Source: a virus
Lineage: Duplodnaviria > Caudoviricetes
DNA: 64,000 bases
Strand: one strand, 5' to 3'
Virus record (IMG/VR): IMGVR_UViG_3300035667_000058
Coordinates: 2,111-66,110 of that record
Shown here: positions 40,631-49,836 of the stretch, piece by piece
How the letters are laid out: every line of letters begins with the position of its first letter
Numbering within the stretch: the first letter of the stretch is position 1
Program-made: the position numbers and the translations under genes
Notes under the pieces: generated by a model
Seen by the model: the letters and a program-made list of their open reading frames with translations, nothing else
Databases searched by the model: none
Told to the model about the DNA's origin: nothing

Positions 40631-41154
40631 TGGTTGGGCTCGCAAGCACGACTGTTCGCATCGGCGCGTGCGAGTACGAGTTCACGCTCTTGCCCGTCGA
40701 AATCGGCCACCCACTTCGCTGGGAACTGATCGGGTTCTTGGGCGAGCCGCTCTTGCAAGCGGCTGCTGCCATGGTCGAAGGCAAGAGCGTGGCCGATACG
40801 AAGGTCGAGACGCTGCTGGTCGGGCTCTCGGGATTGTTCAGCCGGCTCGACCCGCGCTTTGTGTTGCGGCTGCAGCAAACGTTCATCAACGTGACGCAGT
40901 ACCGCAGCGCTGGCAACGACTGGATTGCGCTCGCTAAAACGTGGCCGCTGCACTTCGCGGGCAAGTACCACGAACTCGACGCCCTCACGTGGGCGCATCT
41001 GAGGGCGAACTACCTCAGTTTTTTAGACGATTCGGAAGGCTGGCGAGCGTTCCTGCGCGTCGGTCAGCGAGCCTTGTCAGGCGCGACGTCCCCCGGCACC
41101 TCGCCCTCGACTGGGACATCTGGCGCGTCGTCAGTAGCGACAAACTCAGCGTAG
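40630..41154 (+). CDS. Tail assembly chaperone (G); -1 frameshift product ends at 41285
   Basis: Between tube and tape measure; slippery T TTT TTA at 41019-41025. Confidence 0.75.
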   Translation: MVGLASTTVRIGACEYEFTLLPVEIGHPLRWELIGFLGEPLLQAAAAMVEGKSVADTKVETLLVGLSGLFSRLDPRFVLRLQQTFINVTQYRSAGNDWIALAKTWPLHFAGKYHELDALTWAHLRANYLSFLDDSEGWRAFLRVGQRALSGATSPGTSPSTGTSGASSVATNSA

Positions 41155-41281
41155 GGCTAGACGAGGTCTTGAGGCGATGGAGCATGCCCGATCTCGTCAG
41201 TGCACTAGACACGCTTGATTTCCTGATGGACCTCGCGATTGACGCGAGCAAGCCAGCGCCTGAGGAGGGCGACGACACGCT

Positions 41282-42910
41282 ATGAACGTGCGCGAACTGG
41301 TAGCCAAGTTCGGCGTCGAGTTCGACGACCACGGTGCCAAGCACGCCGAGCACGCGATCGAGGAGCTCAAGGAGGGCGCCAAGGAGCTGCTCGAGGTGAT
41401 CGGCGGCGCTGAAGCGCTGCACGTGCTCGCCGAATTCGTGATCGGGCAAGTCGAGATGGGGTCGGCGATCGGCACGACCGCCGACCGCATCGGCATCGGC
41501 GTTGAGCGGTTGCAAGAGCTGCGCTTTGCGGGCGAAGAGGCGGGGCTGAGTGCCGAGGGTGTGGATGCGGCATTGGTACGGCTCACGCGTTCGGCGGCTC
41601 AAGCCGCTGCCGGGGAGGCAGAGACGGGCAAGGCGTTCGCTGCACTGGGTCAGGGGCTGACTGCAGCATCACTCAAGACCATGTCGGTGGACGAGTTGCT
41701 TGAGCACGTCGCCGAGGGAATGAAGCACGCCAAGACCGCAGGCGATCGGCTACGCATTGGTCAAGCGCTGCTCGGCCGCGAGGGTGGGCGCCTGTCCGAA
41801 GTCCTCAAAAACGGCAAGGAGGGACTCGAAGAGATGCGCGAGCACGCCAAGAAACTTGGGTTCGTTCTCAGCAAGGAGCAGGTTGCAGCAGCGAGAAAAG
41901 CCGCCGAAGCAATGCACGATTTTCACGGCGCGGTGCAGGGCGTCAAGAATCAGATCGCTACGTACTTTATGCCGGTCTTCACGCATGCCGTTGAGAAGCT
42001 CGGGGAGTGGGCCGTCAAAGCCAAAGACGCTGCCGGCAGCACCCACATCATCGAAGCGGCTGCCATCACGGCAGGTCTTGCCATCGCCGCGCTCTTTGGG
42101 CCCGAGGTGATCGGGACGATGCTCGTAGCAGGCGTGGCGCTCGCAACGATGGCGCTCGCGATCGAGGACATCATCACTTGGACCAAGGACGGCGATTCGG
42201 TCCTGGGCCGGTTCATCGACAAGTTCCTTGGACTAGGCGCGTCCAAGCTCATACTCGACGACTGGAAAGCTGGCCTGCACATCATGGTCAAGCTGTCTGG
42301 TGAGTGGGCGAAAAATCTAGAAGCGGGGTGGGCGATCATGAAGAAGACCGCCGACAAGCGCAAGGCTGCTTCGGCGGACGACGACTTCAAAGAAGAGCAC
42401 GAACACTGGGAAGCTGCGCACGCGGGGTGGAAGACTCGCAAGGACTTCAACGAGAAGTGGGTGCCCAAACGCTGGCGTGACAAGCCAATGCCCGAGCCCG
42501 TCGAGCCCACCAGGCGCAGCTACAAAGTGGACAGTACTGATGCCGTGTGGGAGGAGCGACGCACGCGCGAAGTCGCAACAGAGCGAGGCATGGGGCACGG
42601 ACCGCTCGCGCTCTTCGGCGGCGCCGAGAGCGCAGAAGATCACGCGCGCGAGCAGCATCGGCAAACGGCTGTTGCGGAGGCCTCCGCAACAGCGACAGCT
42701 GCGGCGCACCCCACAGCCGAAGCGGTCAAGCACGGCGGGGCCGCAGGCGAGCATGGCACCACCATCAATCACCACACCGCTGTCACAGTGAACGCGCACA
42801 CCGGTGCGAACCCAGAGGAGATCGGACGCGTAGTTGTGCAACACATTCACAAGCATCATGCCGAAGCCAACGCCACGGCGCACCGCGCCGTGCGCCAGGT
42901 GGCTCCGTGA
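41282..42910 (+). CDS. Tape measure protein
   Basis: VRELV.KFG start, Ala/Glu/Lys helical content, central hydrophobic segment. Confidence 0.85.
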   Translation: MNVRELVAKFGVEFDDHGAKHAEHAIEELKEGAKELLEVIGGAEALHVLAEFVIGQVEMGSAIGTTADRIGIGVERLQELRFAGEEAGLSAEGVDAALVRLTRSAAQAAAGEAETGKAFAALGQGLTAASLKTMSVDELLEHVAEGMKHAKTAGDRLRIGQALLGREGGRLSEVLKNGKEGLEEMREHAKKLGFVLSKEQVAAARKAAEAMHDFHGAVQGVKNQIATYFMPVFTHAVEKLGEWAVKAKDAAGSTHIIEAAAITAGLAIAALFGPEVIGTMLVAGVALATMALAIEDIITWTKDGDSVLGRFIDKFLGLGASKLILDDWKAGLHIMVKLSGEWAKNLEAGWAIMKKTADKRKAASADDDFKEEHEHWEAAHAGWKTRKDFNEKWVPKRWRDKPMPEPVEPTRRSYKVDSTDAVWEERRTREVATERGMGHGPLALFGGAESAEDHAREQHRQTAVAEASATATAAAHPTAEAVKHGGAAGEHGTTINHHTAVTVNAHTGANPEEIGRVVVQHIHKHHAEANATAHRAVRQVAP

Positions 42911-43587
42911 TCGACCTCATGTATGAGGACGGCTGGGCGCGCATCGGCGCAATTGCCATCGATGCCGTGGTGCGCGAGGTGCACAAGTTTGCCGGCGAAG
43001 TCACCGAGCACCCAGTCGAAGAGGGGGCCGACATCAGCGATCACTACCGGCCGGCGCCGCGTGGCGTGCAGCTTGAGGGTGTGATCAGCGACACCCCGCT
43101 TCGGGTGCCGGGAAGCCACAGCAACGACGCCCAACAGATTCAGCGCACGTTCGACATCCCGACCGAGCTTTTCGCGCTGCAGCTTGGGCCGATTCCGATT
43201 CGCATCGCAGGCCCCACGCACCAAGGGTCGGTGACCACGTTTTCCAAGCCCATGGAGCGCGTCAAATCCACATGGGAGGAGTTCGAGGCGATCTTTGCGC
43301 AGCAAAAAATCATCACGATCGTGACGACGTTGCGCGTCTATCCAGACATGGCGCTGCGTGAGCTCGATGTCGAGCGACGCGCGAACAGCTACCACTTCAC
43401 GTGCTTTGCGCTGCAGATCCGCACCGTCGTCAGTGGCAGGTCCGCCGCAGCCATCCCGATTCCCAAGGTCAAGCGCGCTGTGCCCACGGTCGAGAAGGGC
43501 AAGCAGGACACAGCGCCCGTCGAACCGGCCAAACGCAGTCTGGCCGTTCAGGCGGGCCTTGCCAAACTGATAGGGCTCGGCACGTGA
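42907..43587 (+). CDS. Tail tube initiator / Dit-like baseplate protein
   Basis: EVTEHPVEEGADISDH, LEGVISDTP. Confidence 0.8.
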   Translation: MIDLMYEDGWARIGAIAIDAVVREVHKFAGEVTEHPVEEGADISDHYRPAPRGVQLEGVISDTPLRVPGSHSNDAQQIQRTFDIPTELFALQLGPIPIRIAGPTHQGSVTTFSKPMERVKSTWEEFEAIFAQQKIITIVTTLRVYPDMALRELDVERRANSYHFTCFALQIRTVVSGRSAAAIPIPKVKRAVPTVEKGKQDTAPVEPAKRSLAVQAGLAKLIGLGT

Positions 43588-43934
43588 CGATCCTGCGCAT
43601 TGCAGTGCCCAAGAGCACCCCCTCATGGACGGCCCGCGTCATGCTCGAGCAGGTCGAGTACGTGCTTGCCATGCGCTGGAACGATCGCGCCGGCCGCTGG
43701 TTCTTCGAGCTCAGCGACTCCACCGGCGCGCTCATCACCGCTCGCAAGGTGGTGCCAAACTGGCCACTGCTCTTCGGGCTCGTGCAGGGCACCCGTCCGC
43801 CAGGCGAACTCATTGCCGTTGACACTCTGCAACTGGACACGCCTATCGGCTTTGATGATTGGGGCGATCGGGTGGCGCTGAACTACTTCGACGCCGCCGA
43901 GGTGGCGGCGCTCGTAGCGCAAGCGGGACCCTGA
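43584..43934 (+). CDS. Small baseplate protein
   Basis: RWNDRAGRWFFEL; position. Confidence 0.7.
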   Translation: MTILRIAVPKSTPSWTARVMLEQVEYVLAMRWNDRAGRWFFELSDSTGALITARKVVPNWPLLFGLVQGTRPPGELIAVDTLQLDTPIGFDDWGDRVALNYFDAAEVAALVAQAGP

Positions 43935-43935
43935 C

Positions 43936-44877
43936 GTGGGGGAGCTCTTTGGCAGGGCTGCGCGGGTCGTCATCGACCAACTCGAGATCACCGGGCTCGA
44001 TGTGCAGTTCCGAGTGCAAAAAACGCTCAAGCCCCACGAGCCAGACACCATGGTGCTGAGCATTTGGAATCTGAACGAGCAGCACCGTGGCGAACTGCAG
44101 CGGCACGTCACGCCCACCAACCCCGCAGGCACAAAGCGCACGGCCGCACAAAAGGCGGCCGCAACGGCAGCACGCTTGAAAGCTCCATCGGTCCAGGTGC
44201 GGCTTGAAGCCGGCTACAAGCTGCGTGACCCCAGCGCCATGGCCGAACTCGATGCGATCGGGGTGACGGGCGGTTCCCTGCCGCTCATCTTCGGCGGCGA
44301 CGTGCGCGAGATCGCAAGCTCGAGGCAGGGCCCTGACTGGGTCACCGTGCTTACCGGCGGCGACGGCGACCGATCACAGACGCTGCGCGTCAACAAGGCG
44401 TTTGGTCCCGGCACGCCGCTGAAGTTCGCAGTGGAACAGGTGGCAACCGAGCTCGGGCTGGGTCTTGGGCAGCTACTTCCCGAACTCGCCAACGCGGAAC
44501 TCTTCGACGGCGGCCAGCAGTTCGCATCAGGCGTGGTGCTCAGCGGCAACGGCTTCAAAGTGCTCACGCGGTTACTCGCCACCGCGGGCTACACATGGAC
44601 CGTGCAGGACGGCCAGATCCTCGTGGTGAAGAAGGGCGCGAGCTTCGGGTCGGCCGTGCTGCTCACGCCCGACACGGGTCTAGTGGGCAGCCCCGTGCCG
44701 GCGAACGACGGCCGGATCACCGCGCGCTGCCTGCTACAGCCAGACTTGGTGCCGGGCCGACAGGTCGAGTTCCGGGCGCAGAGCGTGCAAGGTCACTACC
44801 TGGTCGAGACCGCCACGTACGTGGGCGAGACCGCCGGCGCCGATTGGTTTGTCGAGATCGAGGTGCGGCCCCTATGA
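43936..44877 (+). CDS. Baseplate hub protein
   Basis: IWNL, LEAGY, WTVQDG, TGLVGSP, LLQP. Confidence 0.8.
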   Translation: MGELFGRAARVVIDQLEITGLDVQFRVQKTLKPHEPDTMVLSIWNLNEQHRGELQRHVTPTNPAGTKRTAAQKAAATAARLKAPSVQVRLEAGYKLRDPSAMAELDAIGVTGGSLPLIFGGDVREIASSRQGPDWVTVLTGGDGDRSQTLRVNKAFGPGTPLKFAVEQVATELGLGLGQLLPELANAELFDGGQQFASGVVLSGNGFKVLTRLLATAGYTWTVQDGQILVVKKGASFGSAVLLTPDTGLVGSPVPANDGRITARCLLQPDLVPGRQVEFRAQSVQGHYLVETATYVGETAGADWFVEIEVRPL

Positions 44878-45581
44878 AGACGCAGGTGAGCCAAGCCGAG
44901 GTGATCTTCGCAGCCCTCGACGCGCGCATGACCGACGTCCACACGGTCATGGTGGGCCGGGTGGTGGCCGTGAACCTCGCTGCCCGCAAGGTGGACGTCC
45001 AGCCCGTCATGCAGCGCGTGCTGCAGACCGAGGAGGGCGATCTCGTCACCGAGGCACTACCCGCGCTACCCCAGGTGCCGCTCGGTGCCCTGCGGGCGGG
45101 TAGCGCGCGCATCGATATGCCCGTGCAGCCCGGCCATTGGGTGGTGGTCTTCTTCTTCGAGGACAATATCGGCAAGTGGCTCGCTGCCGGTGGCGTGGGG
45201 GTATCCCCGGGCGACGTCGAGCGCCACGGGTTGACGGGCGCGGTCGCGGTGCCACTGCTGTGGCCAGACAACGCACAGCCTGCGCAAGCGCTTGACCCTG
45301 CTAACATCGTGATCACTGCGGGCGCAGGCGAGGTGCATATCGGCGAGTCCGCCGGTCAGGACTACGTGGCGCTGGCTGCCAAGGTGGCAACCGAGTTAGA
45401 CCGCATAAAGACTGACTTGACGACGCTCAAGGCAGCAATCGCTGCGGGGCTAAATGGCATAGGATTGGGCACAGCCGCCAGCGGGACCGCTGGGGCTGCC
45501 GCATTCAACGCTGCGGCCGGTATGGGCACGTTTCCGAGTTCGCCTGTGTCAGTGGCTGCCGCCAAGGTCAAAGCCACCTGA
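44874..45581 (+). CDS. Baseplate spike (Gp138/GpV-like)
   Basis: VHTVMVGRV, VDVQP, PVQPG, RHGLTGA. Confidence 0.8.
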   Translation: MKTQVSQAEVIFAALDARMTDVHTVMVGRVVAVNLAARKVDVQPVMQRVLQTEEGDLVTEALPALPQVPLGALRAGSARIDMPVQPGHWVVVFFFEDNIGKWLAAGGVGVSPGDVERHGLTGAVAVPLLWPDNAQPAQALDPANIVITAGAGEVHIGESAGQDYVALAAKVATELDRIKTDLTTLKAAIAAGLNGIGLGTAASGTAGAAAFNAAAGMGTFPSSPVSVAAAKVKAT

Positions 45582-45646
45582 GGGCATCCTCGTGGCGGCG
45601 CAAGCCCGCTATTGCGTGGCCGGCAGCGCTCTCTATACGTGCGCCG

Positions 45647-46048
45647 GTGTCGGATTTCGCATTGACTGGCGACGGCGATCTCGACGTCCAAACCGGACGG
45701 CTGCGGGCGGTCACGGGCACCGAAGCGCTGGCACAGCGCCTGCGTGTGCGGCTGCGGCTGTTTCGGGGCGACTGGTTTTTGAACGTGCTTGAGGGCGTGC
45801 CCTATCACGATTTTGTGCTCCGCAAGCGCACCAGCCCCGGCGTGCGGCGCGAGGTGTTCCGGCGTGCGATTGCCGAGATGCGGGGCGTGCTCGACGTGGT
45901 CTCGCTCGACGTGCAGGTCGACCCCCGTACGCGCACCCTCAGCGTTACGGGCGAAGTGCGCGGGCAGGACCTCGGCAGCGTCCCGTTTGCAATCAACGAG
46001 CCGATCTTCGACCTCGGCAGCGTGCCGCCCGAAGGGGCCGCAGCTTGA
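45647..46048 (+). CDS. Baseplate wedge/sheath initiator (gp25-like)
   Basis: LRLFRGDWFL..GVPY. Confidence 0.75.
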   Translation: MSDFALTGDGDLDVQTGRLRAVTGTEALAQRLRVRLRLFRGDWFLNVLEGVPYHDFVLRKRTSPGVRREVFRRAIAEMRGVLDVVSLDVQVDPRTRTLSVTGEVRGQDLGSVPFAINEPIFDLGSVPPEGAAA

Positions 46049-47229
46049 CCTACGGCGTCACCGATGCCGGATTTGTGCTCAAGCCGCAGTCAGCGATCTT
46101 GGACGAACTTGCCGCGCGGCAACGTGCCGAAATCGATCCGCAGTGGAACACCGAGAGCGACAGCCTGGCCGGCCAGTACAACGGCATCATTGCCGACGCG
46201 ATCGCGCAAAACTGGGAAGTCTTGCAAGCCACCTACCACGCGCTCAGCCGCGCCGCGGACGGGGCTGCGCTCGATGCGATCGGCGCGCTCAACAGCACGG
46301 CACGCAGGGCAGCCACCAAGAGCCTGGTCACCCTTACGCTGAACCTCGTCACGGGCACGACCGTGCCAGCGGGCTCGGTCGTGAGCGAAACGAACAACCC
46401 GGCGACACGCGTTGTGACGCTTGCTGCAGCGAGCTACAGCGGGGTGGGCAGCGCCAACGTTGCGGCTGCAGCGCGGGCCGAGAGCGCGGGCGCTGTGACC
46501 GCCAACCCGGGCACACTGAGCGTGATCGAGACACCGGTTGCGGGCTGGACCAGCGCCACCAATGCCGACCCGCTGGGCGGTGGTTTGCCCATTGAGACCG
46601 ACTACGCGTATCGGCTGCGGCAGCTCGATGAGCTGGCCGCCGGTGGTGGCGGCAGCGTACCGGGCTTGCGCGCGGACTTGCTGAAAGTCGACGGCGTCAC
46701 TGCGGCGCTTGTGCTCGAAAACGAAACCGACGTGGCGGTGGACGGCTTGCCAGGGCACTCGCTCGAAGCGGTGGTGCTGGGTGGCGCGGACGGCGATGTG
46801 GCGCGCGCTGTGTTCGAAAGCAAGTCAGCGGGGATCTACACGTACGGCAGCGCGGGCCCGTTCACAGTGACCGACGACCAAGGCGTCGATCACGCGGTGC
46901 GGTTCAGCCGTCCGGGCTCTGTCGTGGTGTACGCAGCGCTCGGGCTTGCGACCGTGGGCGACTATGCCGGGATCGCGGCCGCAGCGCAGACTGCGGTGGT
47001 GGCAGCGACGATCGACCCGACCGATCCGGGGTTTTTGGGCATCGGCGCCGACGTGTATGCCGGGCGTATCGTGGTCTCAGCGCTCAGTGTCGCAGGCGTG
47101 CTCAATGCGCGCGTGGGGCTGTCCTTGTCGCCGATCACCGACCCGACGCTTGGCAGCGCATCGCTACCGATCACCAATCGGCAACTCGCCACGCTCTCCA
47201 TCGGCCACATCGTGGTAAGCGCGCTATGA
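46045..47229 (+). CDS. Baseplate J-like protein
   Basis: YGVT..GF, GAALD, ETD..YRLR, GLPGHS. Confidence 0.88.
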   Translation: MTYGVTDAGFVLKPQSAILDELAARQRAEIDPQWNTESDSLAGQYNGIIADAIAQNWEVLQATYHALSRAADGAALDAIGALNSTARRAATKSLVTLTLNLVTGTTVPAGSVVSETNNPATRVVTLAAASYSGVGSANVAAAARAESAGAVTANPGTLSVIETPVAGWTSATNADPLGGGLPIETDYAYRLRQLDELAAGGGGSVPGLRADLLKVDGVTAALVLENETDVAVDGLPGHSLEAVVLGGADGDVARAVFESKSAGIYTYGSAGPFTVTDDQGVDHAVRFSRPGSVVVYAALGLATVGDYAGIAAAAQTAVVAATIDPTDPGFLGIGADVYAGRIVVSALSVAGVLNARVGLSLSPITDPTLGSASLPITNRQLATLSIGHIVVSAL

Positions 47230-47876
47230 CGCTCGAGCACATCACCGATCACGAAGTGCGCGGCAGCAAACTGCTCACCGAGCAGTTCAAGCACAAGGCA
47301 ACCATAGCCGCGCTGCTCAAGAGCTGGCTTGGGCAAATCCAAGAACTCGAAGACGCAACGTATCAGCTGCAGCTACAGCGCGTGCTCGGGACCGCGACCG
47401 GCGCGAACCTCGATGTCTTGGGCGAGCTCGTCGGCCAGGCACGCGCTGGACGATCCGACACACAATACCGGGTGTGGATTGCAGGACGCGTGCTGGTCAA
47501 CAAGAGCCGCGGCAAGACGGTGCAGCTCATCGCCATCGCGAGCAAGCTGACGCAGGGACCGGTGCGGCTCGCGGAGTACTACCCCGCATCGTTCACGATC
47601 TATTCGGGCGCACCGATACGGGGCAGTGACGGCGTCGAGATTGCCAAGCTGTTGCACATCGCCAAGGCCGCAGGCGTGGCGATGCAGTTCGTTTGGTACG
47701 ACTCCGCGACCGCGTTTCGGTTTGCCATCAGCGGCGTTCCGAACATGGACAGCCCTCGCGGATTTGGCTTGGGGCGCTTTGCCGCTGTGAGCGACGGCCG
47801 CGACATGGCGTTTGACGACGTGCCGCCACCGGTCTTCGTTGGTGGCGGAGGCGGCGAGCTTCTGGTGGTGCTCTAG
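47226..47876 (+). CDS. Baseplate wedge (DUF2612-like)
   Basis: ATGANLDVLGELVG, KAAGV. Confidence 0.75.
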   Translation: MTLEHITDHEVRGSKLLTEQFKHKATIAALLKSWLGQIQELEDATYQLQLQRVLGTATGANLDVLGELVGQARAGRSDTQYRVWIAGRVLVNKSRGKTVQLIAIASKLTQGPVRLAEYYPASFTIYSGAPIRGSDGVEIAKLLHIAKAAGVAMQFVWYDSATAFRFAISGVPNMDSPRGFGLGRFAAVSDGRDMAFDDVPPPVFVGGGGGELLVVL

Positions 47877-49046
47877 ATGGATCTCAAACTCGATCAATGG
47901 GCAACAGTGCTGCCGACTGGGTTCCCCGGTGCGATCGCACCATCGACCGGAAAAAAGCAGGAGGGCTTTGCCAACGGCGAAGAGCCCGCGGCGGGGCATG
48001 TGAATCACGTATTTCAGGCAGTCGCAGATGTGCAGCAAGAAGTCAGAGCGGCGATCGAGGGCGCCGGGCTGACCCTGTCGAACCTCGACAATGCGCAACT
48101 GGACCGCGCGGTCAAAACGCTGATCGGCCGCGGAGCGGAAAAGCGCGCGCTCAGTGGCTTCCAAAGCATTTCCACAGGCGTGGCGCAGGCGCTCAATGCG
48201 CTGGCATCGGACGGCACAAGCGTAGTGGCGGTGGGCAATGCCGGCGCGGTCACATCGTGGGCTGGCACGGTCAGCGGCGCTTGGGTCACGCGCGCGCCCG
48301 GGTCGATCTATGGTGGCAACTTTGCAGCCGTGTACTTCGATGCAGTGCACAACCTGTGGATCGCAGGCGGCGCGGGAGGTGAGATCCAGACAGCTCCGCC
48401 TGCCATGACCCCTTGGACTCGGCGAAACAATACGGGCGGCGACGTCACGAGCATCGCGGGCAGCGCCGCGGGAGTGATCGTGGCCGGTATGGCCGGTGCG
48501 CCCTATCTCAAGCGCAGCGCCGACGGTGTGACGTACACGAGCCCAACCCCATCGCACGCGGCCAGTATTCACGAAGTGGCCTACGGTGCCGGCGTGTTCG
48601 TGGCCGTGACGGTTGACGGTTATGTAATGTACTCGGTCGATGGCACCACGTGGACCACTGGCATATCGTCACCAAGCGCAGGCGGCCAGGGTCACGTTGC
48701 CTATCACCCGGACTGGGGTTTCATTGCGACCTACGAGCAATTTGCGTTTCACTCCATAAACGGCATGACGTGGACCAGCATTCAGAACGCCATGCCGACG
48801 GCTGAGAGTGGGTTCTCGGCAGCCCGGGGCGCGCTTGTCCTTACGCCGCACGCATGGCGGGTTATATTCACCGGCGCGACTTCAGGCTTCTGGGGCTGGC
48901 ATACAACGACCGTCAACGCAGCACCCGACTTCAAAACTGCCGGTGCGCGGATGGGTGCTATCGCCCGGATTTGCATCTTCAATGACCAGGCATGGGCCGT
49001 CAACGGCGCCGATGACAAGGTCTACGTTTCAAGCCCGATCGCATGA
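47877..49046 (+). CDS. Tail fibre/receptor-binding protein with beta-propeller-like repeats
   Basis: SxDGxTW repeats, VAYGAGVFVAV. Confidence 0.7.
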   Translation: MDLKLDQWATVLPTGFPGAIAPSTGKKQEGFANGEEPAAGHVNHVFQAVADVQQEVRAAIEGAGLTLSNLDNAQLDRAVKTLIGRGAEKRALSGFQSISTGVAQALNALASDGTSVVAVGNAGAVTSWAGTVSGAWVTRAPGSIYGGNFAAVYFDAVHNLWIAGGAGGEIQTAPPAMTPWTRRNNTGGDVTSIAGSAAGVIVAGMAGAPYLKRSADGVTYTSPTPSHAASIHEVAYGAGVFVAVTVDGYVMYSVDGTTWTTGISSPSAGGQGHVAYHPDWGFIATYEQFAFHSINGMTWTSIQNAMPTAESGFSAARGALVLTPHAWRVIFTGATSGFWGWHTTTVNAAPDFKTAGARMGAIARICIFNDQAWAVNGADDKVYVSSPIA

Positions 49047-49057
49047 TCGCGCCGAGC

Positions 49058-49672
49058 CTAGCGCGTCACATCAACTAGGGCTGGCTGCCCACGGGCCCAG
49101 TTGAGCGCCACCACTTCACCATCGGCATTGAACACTGGCGCGCCCGAATCCCCGGCGCAGGCGCAACCGTCGGCGTCGTACTCGCGGCCCTGCGTGTAGG
49201 CGCCCGAGCGCCGTGTTACCGCGCGCGTAACCTGTGCGCCGGTGCAGCCGTAGCCGACCAGAGTGAGCGCATCGCCAAGTGCAGGCGGCGTCGTAGCCAT
49301 ACGCGCTGGCTGCGCAGTCAGTAGCGGCGACGAGAGTTCAAGTAGCGCCACGTCTTCGCCGCCCGGACCGCCGACCCAGCGCGGGAGTGCAAGATAGCGA
49401 ACACCACCGATCTTGACCTGCATGTCCGGGTGCACACAGTGCGCGGCCGTCATGATCTCAGACTGGCTCACAAGCACGCCCGAGCAGCCCACCGCGGCGG
49501 CACCTGCAAAGACCTGCACAACTGAGGGATCTTCGGACGGCTCACCGATACAAGCCAGGGTGGGCTCGCCGCTCGCAGCACCGGATGCGCCGACCTGCGT
49601 AGAGCAGGCGCCTGCCAAGAGTGCCAGCCACAACCTCAGTGCGTGCGCCAGGATCGTCAGTTTTCTAGCCAT
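49058..49672 (-). CDS. Trypsin-like (S1) serine protease lipoprotein
   Basis: LLAGAC lipobox; CSGVLV..MTAAHC (His), DVALL (Asp), GDSGAP (Ser). Confidence 0.88.
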   Translation of the reverse strand: MARKLTILAHALRLWLALLAGACSTQVGASGAASGEPTLACIGEPSEDPSVVQVFAGAAAVGCSGVLVSQSEIMTAAHCVHPDMQVKIGGVRYLALPRWVGGPGGEDVALLELSSPLLTAQPARMATTPPALGDALTLVGYGCTGAQVTRAVTRRSGAYTQGREYDADGCACAGDSGAPVFNADGEVVALNWARGQPALVDVTR

Positions 49673-49681
49673 ACTCTCATT

Positions 49682-49699
49682 GTAACCGTAGAGGGTTAC
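49682..49699 (-). promoter_or_regulatory. Promoter/operator 4 in front of the protease gene
   Basis: GTAACC-gtagag-GGTTAC overlapping TACAAT, which ends 6 nt before the ATG at 49672 (leaderless geometry). Confidence 0.7.
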
Positions 49700-49836
49700 C
49701 AAATACTAGGCCGGACCGTCCTTTTCCGCGATGGACCCAATCAAGCCGGTGGGCTCCTGTGCGCTTACGTTTCCGCGTGTAGTCAACGTGGCTGCCCTAT
49801 TGCGGTCGATGCCAAACGCCAATATCCAACGATGAT

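Noticed and set aside
30989-40645. Long minus-strand ORFs (30989-32461, 35736-37181, 38879-40645 and similar)
   Set aside because: Antisense shadows of high-GC3 structural genes with no recognisable motifs
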